The notes under the pieces are model-generated. The model was not told the DNA's origin. It saw only the letters and a list, made by a program, of their open reading frames with translations, and ran no database searches. This document shows positions 25,394 through 33,318 of a DNA stretch of 35,112 nt, piece by piece. Source of the stretch: an uncultured Alphaproteobacteria bacterium (lineage in GTDB: Bacteria > Pseudomonadota > Alphaproteobacteria > RF32 > CAG-239); NCBI GenBank assembly GCA_900551585.1, contig URWU01000002.1:1-35112 (forward strand). The letters are read 5' to 3'. The first letter of the stretch is position 1; the number at the start of each line of letters is the position of its first letter. The translations under genes were made by a program, and so were the position numbers.

Positions 25394-26360
25394 ATCCGAA
25401 ATTATTGGACACGGGCATTTTTTGCCTGAGAAAGTTTTAACGAATGATGATATGGCCAAATTGGTTGATACCAATGATGAGTGGATTAGCACCCGTACCG
25501 GTATCAAAAGCCGTCATATTGCCGCCAAAGACGAATATACCTCGGATTTGGCCTGCAAAGCTGCGCAAATGGCTTTGAAAACGGCCGGCATTTCTGCTGA
25601 AGAAATTGATGTCGTCGTCTTGGCAACAGTAACACCGGATAAAACAACTCCGGCAACTTCTGCAAAAATTTCTGCTCTTTTGGGCGTTAAACCCGGTACG
25701 CCGACTTTTGATATTTCTGCCGCTTGCTCGGGCTTTGTCTATGCCTTGACCATGGCTGATAATATGATTCGTCTTGGACAAGTCAAAACCGCTTTGGTCG
25801 TTAGTGCCGAAACCCTGTCAAAAATCACGGACTGGACCGACCGCAACACTTGCGTTCTGTTTGGCGACGGTGCCGGCGCTGTTATTCTGCGCGCTAAAGA
25901 GGGGGACGGAACTTCTGCCGATACCGGTATTTTGGCAACCAAGCTTTATGCCGACGGCACACAGTATGACAATCTTTGCACTTCGGGCGGTGTTTCCACC
26001 ACTCAAAACGCCGGTTTTATTTGGATGAACGGTAAAGAAGTTTTCAAATATGCTATCGGTGGTTTAACTCAGGCTGCTGAAGAAGTTATGTCTATGGGCG
26101 GCGTCAAGGCTGAAGATTTAGATTGGCTGATTCCCCATCAGGCAAATATCCGTATCATTACGGGTGTCGGCCAGAAACTCGGTCTTCCTGAAGAAAAAGT
26201 TGTTGTGACAATTGATCATCAGGCCAATACTTCTGCCGCAACCATTCCTTTGGCTCTTTCCGAATATATTGAAGCCGGTAAAATTAAAAAGGGTGACCTG
26301 GTTGTTATGAACGCCATGGGTGCCGGTTTTACCTGGGGCGGAGCTCTGGTCAGAATTTAA
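25380..26360 (+). CDS. fabH: beta-ketoacyl-ACP synthase III
   Basis: NDEWISTRTGIKSRH, active-site context AACSGFVYAL, HQANIRI, and GAGFTWGGALVR. Overlaps the plsX stop by 14 nt. Confidence 0.96.
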   Translation: MKCIRSEIIGHGHFLPEKVLTNDDMAKLVDTNDEWISTRTGIKSRHIAAKDEYTSDLACKAAQMALKTAGISAEEIDVVVLATVTPDKTTPATSAKISALLGVKPGTPTFDISAACSGFVYALTMADNMIRLGQVKTALVVSAETLSKITDWTDRNTCVLFGDGAGAVILRAKEGDGTSADTGILATKLYADGTQYDNLCTSGGVSTTQNAGFIWMNGKEVFKYAIGGLTQAAEEVMSMGGVKAEDLDWLIPHQANIRIITGVGQKLGLPEEKVVVTIDHQANTSAATIPLALSEYIEAGKIKKGDLVVMNAMGAGFTWGGALVRI

Positions 26361-26392
26361 TAACAAAAAATCTGGATAAAACCATAACAAAG

Positions 26393-26421
26393 ACTTGCCA
26401 GAGAATGCAATTTGTTATAAT
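26393..26421 (+). promoter_or_regulatory. candidate ihfA promoter
   Basis: AAAGACTTGCCA followed 15 nt later by TATAAT (26416-26421). Confidence 0.45.
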
Positions 26422-26464
26422 TGTTTGCTAAGTAAAAAATAGAAAAATTGAGGATAATTAGAAT

Positions 26465-26749
26465 ATGAAAACAATTACTCGTGCAGATGTCGCAGAAACT
26501 ATTTATGAAGAAATCGGTCTTTCCCGTAAAGATTCCACAGATATTCTGGATATGATTCTTGATGAAGTTGTTCAGGAACTGACCAGAGGCAATGATGTCA
26601 AATTGTCATCTTTCGGAACTTTTTCTTTGCGTGATAAAAAAGCCCGTGCCGGCCGCAATCCTAAAACCGGTGTTGAAGCAATCATTTCTTCCCGCCGCGT
26701 AATTTCTTTCAAACCTTCTCAGACAATGAGAAAAATCATCAACGCCTAA
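26465..26749 (+). CDS. ihfA: integration host factor subunit alpha
   Basis: 94-aa HU/IHF fold with SSFGTFSLRDKKARAGRNPKTGVEA. Sits in the alphaproteobacterial fabH-ihfA-merR position. Confidence 0.9.
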   Translation: MKTITRADVAETIYEEIGLSRKDSTDILDMILDEVVQELTRGNDVKLSSFGTFSLRDKKARAGRNPKTGVEAIISSRRVISFKPSQTMRKIINA

Positions 26750-26763
26750 TGAGGGCATAATCC

Positions 26764-27177
26764 ATGGTTGTCAACAAAAGCAAAGCTGCATTCAGAACCA
26801 TTGCCGAAGTCGCTGAAGAACTCGGTGTGGCAACGCATGTGCTGCGTTTTTGGGAAACAAAATTTCCGCAGATTAAACCGATGAAACGCAGCGGCGGTCG
26901 CCGTTACTATCGTCCTGATGATGTTGAGATTGTCAAAACCATCAAAGACTTTTTGTATGAAAAACGCTATACGATAGAAGGCGTGCAGAAAGTTTTTAAA
27001 GAAAAAGGCTTAAAAAATCTGCTCGGTGAAGAAATCCAAAAAGACTTTTTTACCGAAGTTGTACCGGATGTCAAACTTGATTTACAAAGCCGGGAGATGA
27101 TAACCAATCTGATAGCCGAGCTCAAAGACATGCGCAATGAATTGCAGCTCGCCGTTGATAAAGTTGAAAATAATTAA
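26764..27177 (+). CDS. MerR-family transcriptional regulator
   Basis: [45 protein letters not shown] is a MerR-type wHTH. A C-terminal coiled coil follows. Confidence 0.88.
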   Translation: MVVNKSKAAFRTIAEVAEELGVATHVLRFWETKFPQIKPMKRSGGRRYYRPDDVEIVKTIKDFLYEKRYTIEGVQKVFKEKGLKNLLGEEIQKDFFTEVVPDVKLDLQSREMITNLIAELKDMRNELQLAVDKVENN

Positions 27178-27206
27178 AAAGAAAGCCCCGCCATCGGGGC
27201 TTTTTC
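27178..27206. terminator. bidirectional terminator
   Basis: AAAGCCCCG-CCAT-CGGGGCTTT with flanking A-run and T-run. Confidence 0.85.
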
Positions 27207-27687
27207 AATCAGATAAAGCTTTTTTCCATTTTTCCAGTTTTTCATCAAAGGAAATCGTTGCATTAGCCGGACTGGTTGACGGCATAGTCGCATAAGAAAT
27301 GTTTTCCAAAATCTGCTTATGAAAACGCTTAAAAAATTCAAAGGCCTTATTGCCGTTGAAGATTAATTTGGCAACCGGATAATCTTTGAGAAGTTTTTCA
27401 AAATCATTCGGGCAGGCGTTCTTAATGTCACTGTCAAGGCTCCCTTCGCGGCTGCAACTTTGCAGACTGTCCCACAAACCGATATTATGGCTGAGCAGGC
27501 AGCTTTTCTTGGCCGTATAGTCTTTGAAACTCTCTCCGTTGTGGTAAAGAGCGGCAATAACCTTCCAAAAAGCATTGCGCGGGTGGGCATAATATTCCTG
27601 CGCTTCCAAAGAAGCAACCCCGGGCATTGTTCCGACAACAATGATTTTGGTTGTTTGGTTGATGAGCGGCGCAAAACTCTGTGGCAT
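27205..27687 (-). CDS. DNA-deoxyinosine (hypoxanthine) glycosylase, UDG superfamily
   Basis: KIIVVGTMPGVASLEAQEYYAHPRNAFWKVI matches the hypoxanthine-DNA glycosylase family signature. The start at 27687 has AGGAGG upstream; the ORF-track start at 27807 runs into the upstream gene. Confidence 0.75.
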   Translation of the reverse strand: MPQSFAPLINQTTKIIVVGTMPGVASLEAQEYYAHPRNAFWKVIAALYHNGESFKDYTAKKSCLLSHNIGLWDSLQSCSREGSLDSDIKNACPNDFEKLLKDYPVAKLIFNGNKAFEFFKRFHKQILENISYATMPSTSPANATISFDEKLEKWKKALSD

Positions 27688-27695
27688 AAAACCTC

Positions 27696-28451
27696 CTAAG
27701 GCAGGTATTTTTTGCAAAAAACATAACGTTCTTTGCCTTTGGTGAAGCGTCCGTATTGGATTGCCGCAACCGGACATTTGTTCAGACAGGCGACACACAT
27801 TTGACATTTATTTCCCCAAACCGGGTAGGGGGCGAGTTTGATATTGTCAACCGGACAAACCTCGGCGCATTTGCCGCATTTAATGCAAATATCTTCTTCG
27901 ACCCAAAAACCTTTAGCTGTCATATATTTGCGAAACAAAGGCGCAATCAGGCTAAGCAGCTTTAGCCCTCTGGTTAGCTTAAAACCATTGTAACGGGCTG
28001 TAATATCGCCGGTAATAGCTGCAATTTTTTTCTGAGCGGCAGTTAGAAGTTTTTTTCGTTTTTGCGGGCTGTCTGTCTTGGCAAAGGGAGCCATCAGATA
28101 ATTATTGGGCATATTAATTGAAAAACCGGCATTGCAGGCCCAGCCTCTGGCCGCAAGAGCTGATTTCATTGAGCCGTCAATATTTCCGGTCTGGGTATGG
28201 CAGGTTGCAACAAAGAAAATATAATTATGCTGATAGTTTTCCAGCAGCAGATTTTTGATAAATTCATAGATATAAGCCGGCGCCGCCCAGGCATAAATCG
28301 GAAAAACAAAACCGATGATTTCATCTTTTTCTAAGGAATAACAAGATGAAGCCTCGGTTACCATAATGGCTCTGTCTTGCAGATTGGCAGCCAGTTCTTC
28401 AGCAACCCATTGCGAATTTCCCGTACCCGAAAAATAAAAAATCATGTTCAT
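27696..28451 (-). CDS. EFR1-family ferredoxin (flavodoxin-like domain + 2x[4Fe-4S])
   Basis: MIFYFSGTGNSQWVAEELA N-terminus. C-terminal CIKCGKCAEVCP and CQMCVACLNKCP cluster motifs. Confidence 0.8.
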   Translation of the reverse strand: MNMIFYFSGTGNSQWVAEELAANLQDRAIMVTEASSCYSLEKDEIIGFVFPIYAWAAPAYIYEFIKNLLLENYQHNYIFFVATCHTQTGNIDGSMKSALAARGWACNAGFSINMPNNYLMAPFAKTDSPQKRKKLLTAAQKKIAAITGDITARYNGFKLTRGLKLLSLIAPLFRKYMTAKGFWVEEDICIKCGKCAEVCPVDNIKLAPYPVWGNKCQMCVACLNKCPVAAIQYGRFTKGKERYVFCKKYLP

Positions 28452-28629
28452 CCCCTAAGTTATATTCAGTGTGATTAAATCTTATTTGGCGGCAGGGTGC
28501 AAGACAAAATAAAATGCCGTGCATAACTGAGTGCAGTATTTTATGTAGGTACCATAATAATTTATATTGACGTTGGACAAAAAATGCGGTATATTTTTTG
28601 ACAAAATAATACATTTAATTCATACAATT

Positions 28630-29826
28630 ATGGACAACAGAGGAACAACGAACGCCAAGGGCGTTTTTTTCTCGCTGAAAAGCGAAAGCGGAAACAAATT
28701 TTATAAAAGAGTTTTTGTTTCTGAAAAAGGGTCAAAAATTACCGAGCGCGGTATCACCTGGCTGGGGGCTGTTCAAACACATCGAAATATGTATGGCAGT
28801 CTGCGTAAAATAAGTCTGAGTGTAAACTTCGGTTTTACTTGGATAATTGCGCTGTTTGGCATCCTAGGGTTAATTCTTTGGGCTATTGCAAAAGCAATCT
28901 GTTTTGCCTTTTGCTGGCTGATAAGAAAAATCGGACACTTTTTCAATTTGTTGTGGAAAGCAATCTTGGCCATCATCGCCTGGTTCTTCCGTCCCAAGTT
29001 GAAAACCCCCAAAGAAAAGAAACCGCAAAAGCCGATGAATCTCCGCTGGTTAGGGTGGTTATTGCTTGCTTTGGCACTTTTGGCATTGCTGCTTTTCTTG
29101 CTAAAGGACTGCGGCGGCAAAAAAGAAACTGTTATCGAACCGGAATATTACACTCAGTCTGACGCGGATTATAATTCCCAACTTTATGACGAGTGTATAT
29201 ATGACGCTTGCAAGATAAAAGGTTATCTTGACGGTTTCCAAACCAAAGCCAAACCGCTGGGCAACGGGCGCTATGTATTGCTCCTGGGAATTTCTGAACA
29301 AAACGGACAATGGATAACAAAAGACGCTGCGGTGTCAAAATCGAATATCTATCAAAAGACAAAAGAATATTTCTTATCCAAGAAAAATGTGTTCTTGTCT
29401 TCGGTCCACAAACGTTTGGAGCCTCAGCAGATGAAAGCGCTGATGTTGGTTCACCTGCGAATGGGGTCAACGGGATTTGCCGGTAAATTAATCGACGGAA
29501 CGCCTAGTCAGATTCGCTCAGAATCAGATTTGGTCAAAGCGATTAATAATCAGGAAATTATCACTCGTTTATTCCGCTTACCGGGAACAGAAGCCAAAAC
29601 CGAGGCCAACAAAGAAAGTTTACAGTATTTCTGGGTATTATATCAGATTTATTGCGGAAACTTGTCAGTTGATGAAGTTTATTCTTTCCCGATGCAGTCT
29701 TATCTCAGCATTCCGTTGAACGACATGTATGAGGAGGACTATCCTGTCTGGAAAGGGAATTTCAAACAGCGTTTGAATAACGGCCTCGAAAAAAGCTTTA
29801 AGGCCTCAGGAGTGATGCCCGAATAA
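28630..29826 (+). CDS. membrane-anchored T4-lysozyme-like (GH24 family) protein
   Basis: Hydrophobic helices at roughly ORF-track residues 88-119, 127-140 and 162-180. The C-terminal domain aligns by eye with T4 lysozyme: NGQWITKDAA vs NGVITKDEA; ALMLVHLRMGSTGFAG vs ALINMVFQMGETGVAG; YDEC..KIKGYLDG vs IDEG..KIYKDTEG. Promoter-like TTGACG-17-TATATT at 28567-28595. Confidence 0.6.
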   Translation: MDNRGTTNAKGVFFSLKSESGNKFYKRVFVSEKGSKITERGITWLGAVQTHRNMYGSLRKISLSVNFGFTWIIALFGILGLILWAIAKAICFAFCWLIRKIGHFFNLLWKAILAIIAWFFRPKLKTPKEKKPQKPMNLRWLGWLLLALALLALLLFLLKDCGGKKETVIEPEYYTQSDADYNSQLYDECIYDACKIKGYLDGFQTKAKPLGNGRYVLLLGISEQNGQWITKDAAVSKSNIYQKTKEYFLSKKNVFLSSVHKRLEPQQMKALMLVHLRMGSTGFAGKLIDGTPSQIRSESDLVKAINNQEIITRLFRLPGTEAKTEANKESLQYFWVLYQIYCGNLSVDEVYSFPMQSYLSIPLNDMYEEDYPVWKGNFKQRLNNGLEKSFKASGVMPE

Positions 29827-29847
29827 GTTTTTTAACCTCTAAACTAA

Positions 29848-29885
29848 AACAGCCTGACACATTGTGTGTCGGGCTGTTTGGTTTT
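29848..29885 (+). terminator. Rho-independent terminator
   Basis: 12-bp stem ACAGCCTGACAC/GTGTCGGGCTGT (one G-U) followed by a T-rich tail. Confidence 0.8.
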
Positions 29886-29942
29886 TAAATTGTTTTAATC
29901 CTTAAGACGTGGTATACTTTTTCTCAAGAGAGAGAGGACAAA

Positions 29943-31109
29943 ATGCCTTTGGATTATGAAAAAATTTATGAAGATAATCTCGATTTTATTTGTGATACTT
30001 TTTATCACCAGATGAAAGTTGATAAGGCTTATGGGCAATATCTCGAACAGACGGGACAGCAATCTTCTCAGACATCACTCAGAAGCTATTTCGACCATGA
30101 GGCAGAAAGCAGGTTAAAAGAGCTTAAAAATATTCCCGGTAATGAGTCAAACGGCACTTCCAAGAAAGATACTTGGAAAATAATCTCTTATTTTCGTAAA
30201 GAAGACATCTATATGACGGATAAAAAAACTTTTCAAAAGTTTAAGACAATCTCCACGGAAGAAAAAGCTCAAATGGAAACTTTCATTGCCAATCCTGCTA
30301 ACCAAAAAGCTTTAGAGAATATTTTCAAAATTAATTTTTCAGCCGATTTTTGCACCAATATGTATCACCGCAGTCGTATCAATCAAAGGTTTGATGCTAT
30401 CAAAGGTTTTGAAAAATCTGAGTTTATTCCCAGCCTTGACAAAGGAAACTGCACCAAAGGTTTAACGTTAAGCCTGTGCGAGGTCTTGGAAAAACACGGT
30501 GCTTTAACGGGTGACTTTCTCCGCGACAAAGAAACTTGGGCGCACCCTGCGGGCGTTTTTGAGATGGTAAATCGCAAACTGGGGAGAAACACTGCTCCTC
30601 CTGAAAATATGCCGTTAGGCGACTGTCTGGCGCAGAATGAATTTGGCAAAGGAACCATTTTTATTATTAATAATCATCATGCCATGCTCTATACCGGAGA
30701 AAAGAATGAGCAGGGGGAGCCGCTGTTTCACGGTTATAGCCCGGAAGCAACGGATTATCCGCTAAAGTTGGATAAACCTGTTTATGCGATAGATATTCCG
30801 GCCTTGGTTCAAAAGCAATGCGGCGAAAACGCTGCTCAGGTGATTGATGAATATGTGTCCGGCGTAAAAAATGATATCCAATCAATTGACTTGCTGCAGA
30901 TATTTAAACAAAGATTAGCTCAGTTGCAGGCAATACCTGCAAAAAAAAAGTTTGATGCGAAACAGCATTTGGCATATTGCCAAACGATGATTACGGCGAG
31001 GCAGTGCCCGATAGAAATAACCCAACAGAATAAAGGCAGATTAACTTATGCGCCGCAGCAAAATATAGCTTTTCAGTCTGCTTTGAAAGACAAAAATCAA
31101 AACAGCTAA
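29943..31109 (+). CDS. hypothetical protein, possible papain-fold (NlpC/P60- or CHAP-like) Cys/His hydrolase
   Basis: 388-aa ORF with GAGGA RBS. GNCTKGLTLSLCEVL ... PLGDCLAQNEFGKGTIFIINNHHAMLYTGE ... LFHGYS follows the order Cys ... GD ... H-x-x-x-Y-x-G ... H seen in NlpC/P60-type enzymes. No signal peptide. The domain call is tentative. Confidence 0.55.
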   Translation: MPLDYEKIYEDNLDFICDTFYHQMKVDKAYGQYLEQTGQQSSQTSLRSYFDHEAESRLKELKNIPGNESNGTSKKDTWKIISYFRKEDIYMTDKKTFQKFKTISTEEKAQMETFIANPANQKALENIFKINFSADFCTNMYHRSRINQRFDAIKGFEKSEFIPSLDKGNCTKGLTLSLCEVLEKHGALTGDFLRDKETWAHPAGVFEMVNRKLGRNTAPPENMPLGDCLAQNEFGKGTIFIINNHHAMLYTGEKNEQGEPLFHGYSPEATDYPLKLDKPVYAIDIPALVQKQCGENAAQVIDEYVSGVKNDIQSIDLLQIFKQRLAQLQAIPAKKKFDAKQHLAYCQTMITARQCPIEITQQNKGRLTYAPQQNIAFQSALKDKNQNS

Positions 31110-31143
31110 GGCGGAAGTGGCGGCGATTTTACCCAAAGCCAAT

Positions 31144-31172
31144 AAAAAAACCTGCACAAGGCAGGTCTTTTT
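31144..31172. terminator. bidirectional terminator (29943 gene and tRNA-Pro)
   Basis: ACCTGC-ACAAG-GCAGGT hairpin with A7 upstream and T5 downstream. Confidence 0.7.
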
Positions 31173-31177
31173 CTATC

Positions 31178-31254
31178 TGGTCGGGACGAGAGGATTCGAA
31201 CCTCCGACATCTTGCACCCCATGCAAGCGCTCTACCAGGCTGAACTACGTCCCG
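31178..31254 (-). tRNA. tRNA-Pro (anticodon GGG), CCA encoded
   Basis: The reverse complement folds as a cloverleaf: acceptor CGGGACG/CGTCCCG, D arm GTTC..GAGC, anticodon stem CTTGC/GCAAG with loop AT-GGG-GT (U33, G37), T arm GGAGG-TTCGAAT-CCTCT, 3' ACCA. Total 77 nt. Confidence 0.93.
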
Positions 31255-31325
31255 AAAGTAGATAAATTCAAAATAATTAGACAAGATGTCGACGACATCT
31301 AAGCTCATCTTCGGTTTACTTCAGT

Positions 31326-31381
31326 CCCATGCAAGCGCGAACTCGCAGCCAACGTTTGGCCAGGCTGAATGACGTCCCGAA
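31326..31381 (-). pseudogene. decayed copy of the 5' half of tRNA-Pro
   Basis: CCCATGCAAGCGC (31326-31338), CCAGGCTGAA (31360-31369) and ACGTCCCGAA (31372-31381) equal tRNA blocks 31218-31230, 31235-31244 and 31247-31256. A 21-nt insert replaces 4 nt, and there is no T arm. Confidence 0.7.
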
Positions 31382-31430
31382 TGACAAGACACTATATAAA
31401 ACGTTCCGGTCTTAAATGCAAGAACTTTTT

Positions 31431-31979
31431 TCAATTATCCGGGCGTGTTTTAATCCAAACCCGATGTTCGCGTTTTCCGTCGATTTCAGACGGTTCGTCT
31501 TCTTCACCGCCCCATTCTTTCATAACCGAAGTCATTGCCCGATAAGAAGCCTCATTTTCAAACTCACAGGTCAACAGGGCTTTGTCGATTTTCAAGACAT
31601 TACGGGCATAGTCCAAAGCCAGCTTCAGGCCTCGTTTGACATATCCTTTGCGGCGTTCGGACGGAATAATTTGATAAGCGATGTGTCCGCCTCTTTTTTT
31701 CAGATAATCGTTTAATGAATGGCGGATATCAAATGAGCCGATATATTTTTCGCCCTCAATCAGCCATAAAGATGTTGCGGCAACAAAACCTTCCGGAATA
31801 TTAAGGCCCAGACGCGTATTTTCCGTTTCTTCAAAATAAGCTGCAAAATCATTTTCAGCGGCAGCCAGCAATTTTTCAACGCAATATAAATCAAACGGTG
31901 ACGGATTTTGCAGATATTCAACAATTCCCGCCTTGACAGAGTCGAGATAAGCCTTATCAGGCAGCACAAGTTTCAGCAT
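31431..31979 (-). CDS. GNAT-family N-acetyltransferase
   Basis: IAYQIIPSERRKGYVKRGLKLALDYARN is an acetyl-CoA-binding R/Q-x-x-G-x-G/A-like motif. The start at 31979 (MLKLVLP) has GGAGG upstream. Confidence 0.8.
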   Translation of the reverse strand: MLKLVLPDKAYLDSVKAGIVEYLQNPSPFDLYCVEKLLAAAENDFAAYFEETENTRLGLNIPEGFVAATSLWLIEGEKYIGSFDIRHSLNDYLKKRGGHIAYQIIPSERRKGYVKRGLKLALDYARNVLKIDKALLTCEFENEASYRAMTSVMKEWGGEEDEPSEIDGKREHRVWIKTRPDN

Positions 31980-32421
31980 TTTTGCCTCCGGAAAGTTTTT
32001 GATAATCTGCCGCAAACAGCCAGACAGTCATAATCATAAAAGTAATTGTCGTAACCAATCCCAAAAGAACCAGAATACCGTAAAAATTGCGCTGTATCAG
32101 CCGATAGACTATAATTTCATGCAGCAAAAGCGAGCCGGATAAAATGATGACGCTGAGAAAAGGCAGCCAGATTGTAGCTTTTGAAAGCTGCAATGTTTTT
32201 TTGATTGTCAGCTGCAATAAGCCGAGCCCGAGTTCATAAATTCCCCACAGAAAGATAAACAAAAGCTGCATGCCGCAGGCTTCATACCACGGAAAAATCG
32301 GAAACCACGAACTGTAAACATACAAACATTGGGCAAAGCCGAATAACATTGCCAAAGTCAGTAAAATCCAGAAAATTTTAGCAGCCGCAAATTTTTTGCC
32401 GCCCTTGAAAAATGCAATCAT
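31957..32421 (-). CDS. hypothetical membrane protein (4-5 TM)
   Basis: 154-aa hydrophobic ORF with GGGAG RBS. Its stop overlaps the GNAT start by 23 nt, so the two probably form an operon. Confidence 0.55.
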   Translation of the reverse strand: MIAFFKGGKKFAAAKIFWILLTLAMLFGFAQCLYVYSSWFPIFPWYEACGMQLLFIFLWGIYELGLGLLQLTIKKTLQLSKATIWLPFLSVIILSGSLLLHEIIVYRLIQRNFYGILVLLGLVTTITFMIMTVWLFAADYQKLSGGKNAETCAA

Positions 32422-32518
32422 TTTTTATCACTCCCAGCCCTTACCATAGCAAAAGAGCCTTAAAATACAACTATTGTTTTTTATCTGTTTATTTTATAAG
32501 ATAGCGGAGGGGAAAAAT

Positions 32519-33067
32519 ATGAAATTAAGTGAAAAGTTAGTCGGTTCAAAAGTGATTTTAGAACGCCCGCGTCCGGATAAGGCGCAGGCGAAAACGATTT
32601 TTGCCCATATTGAAATCAGCAAAGCCTCAATGCGCCCGTGGCTCGACTGGGTCGATAAGGTCAAAACGGCTGATGACCGGTTGAAGTTTTTGCAATATGT
32701 TGATGAGTGCTGGGAGCAGGGAAAAGAATTTTCATACAGCATTTATCGCCGCGATAATCAAACTTATGCCGGGCATATTTCTGTTGTGAATCTTGATTTT
32801 GACAAGATGAGTGCCAAGTTTGGCTATTGGCTGTCTGATGTTGCTGTTGGGTTTGGCTTTATGCGCGAAGCCGTCAGCCTCTTGGAAACAGAATTAAAAA
32901 CCCGCGGGTTTAAGGAAGTGATTATTGAGGCAGATGAAGAAAACATGCGTTCAAATAATGTGCCTAAAGCCTTGGGCTATCAATTGGACAAAGACCGCTG
33001 CGGCAGTCAGTATTCTGCTCTTCAGAACCGTCTGCGCCGGATTAATTTTTATATAAAACGGCTATAA
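32519..33067 (+). CDS. GNAT-family (RimJ/RimL-like) N-acetyltransferase
   Basis: GGAGGGG RBS before the ATG at 32519. FGYWLSDVAVGFGFMREAV...NMRSNNVPKALGY is typical of the Acetyltransf_3 type. Confidence 0.8.
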   Translation: MKLSEKLVGSKVILERPRPDKAQAKTIFAHIEISKASMRPWLDWVDKVKTADDRLKFLQYVDECWEQGKEFSYSIYRRDNQTYAGHISVVNLDFDKMSAKFGYWLSDVAVGFGFMREAVSLLETELKTRGFKEVIIEADEENMRSNNVPKALGYQLDKDRCGSQYSALQNRLRRINFYIKRL

Positions 33068-33100
33068 AAAAATCCCTGCGGTTAAGCAGGGATTTTTTCT
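33066..33100. terminator. bidirectional terminator (GNAT and cspA)
   Basis: AAATCCCTGC-GGTTAA-GCAGGGATTT with A-run upstream and T-run downstream. Confidence 0.85.
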
Positions 33101-33114
33101 GAAATGAATTAAGC

Positions 33115-33318
33115 TTAAGCTTTTTTCAAGTTACCGGCAGAAGTTTTGCCTTTTTCGGTAATCAGGTCATAAGAAACTTTTTCATTTTCATTCAAAGATC
33201 TGAAACCGGCTTTTTCAACAGCAGAAATGTGAACAAAAATGTCCGCGCCGCCGTTATCCGGGCAAATAAATCCAAAACCTTTAGTGGGGTTAAACCATTT
33301 TACGGTACCTGTAGCCAT
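33115..33318 (-). CDS. cspA: cold-shock protein, CspA family
   Basis: MATGTVKWFNPTKGFGFI (RNP1) and DIFVHISA (RNP2). 67 aa. Confidence 0.96.
   Translation of the reverse strand: MATGTVKWFNPTKGFGFICPDNGGADIFVHISAVEKAGFRSLNENEKVSYDLITEKGKTSAGNLKKA

Noticed and set aside
24550-26390. Antisense ORFs within plsX and fabH (24550..24915, 24569..24850, 24979..25308, 25437..25781, 25739..25942, 25774..26028, 25818..26006, 26118..26390).
   Set aside because: They are shadow ORFs inside two highly conserved genes.
27363-27965. ORFs 27363..27674, 27460..27699, 27485..27769 and 27756..27965, and the long ORF-track version 27205..27807.
   Set aside because: They overlap the glycosylase and ferredoxin genes. 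The 27807 start would run through the ferredoxin stop region, whereas the ATG at 27687 has a perfect AGGAGG RBS and marks where family homology begins.
28452-31256. Calling the lysozyme-like / papain-fold-like block a prophage or genomic island integrated at tRNA-Pro.
   Set aside because: I found no integrase, excisionase, capsid, tail or holin gene. I could not find a direct repeat of the tRNA 3' end at the far side (28452-28629 or 27178-27206). It is kept only as a hypothesis in the findings.
31117-31715. ORFs 31117..31302 and 31416..31715.
   Set aside because: The first is laid over tRNA-Pro and its terminator. The second is antisense to the GNAT gene. Neither has an RBS.
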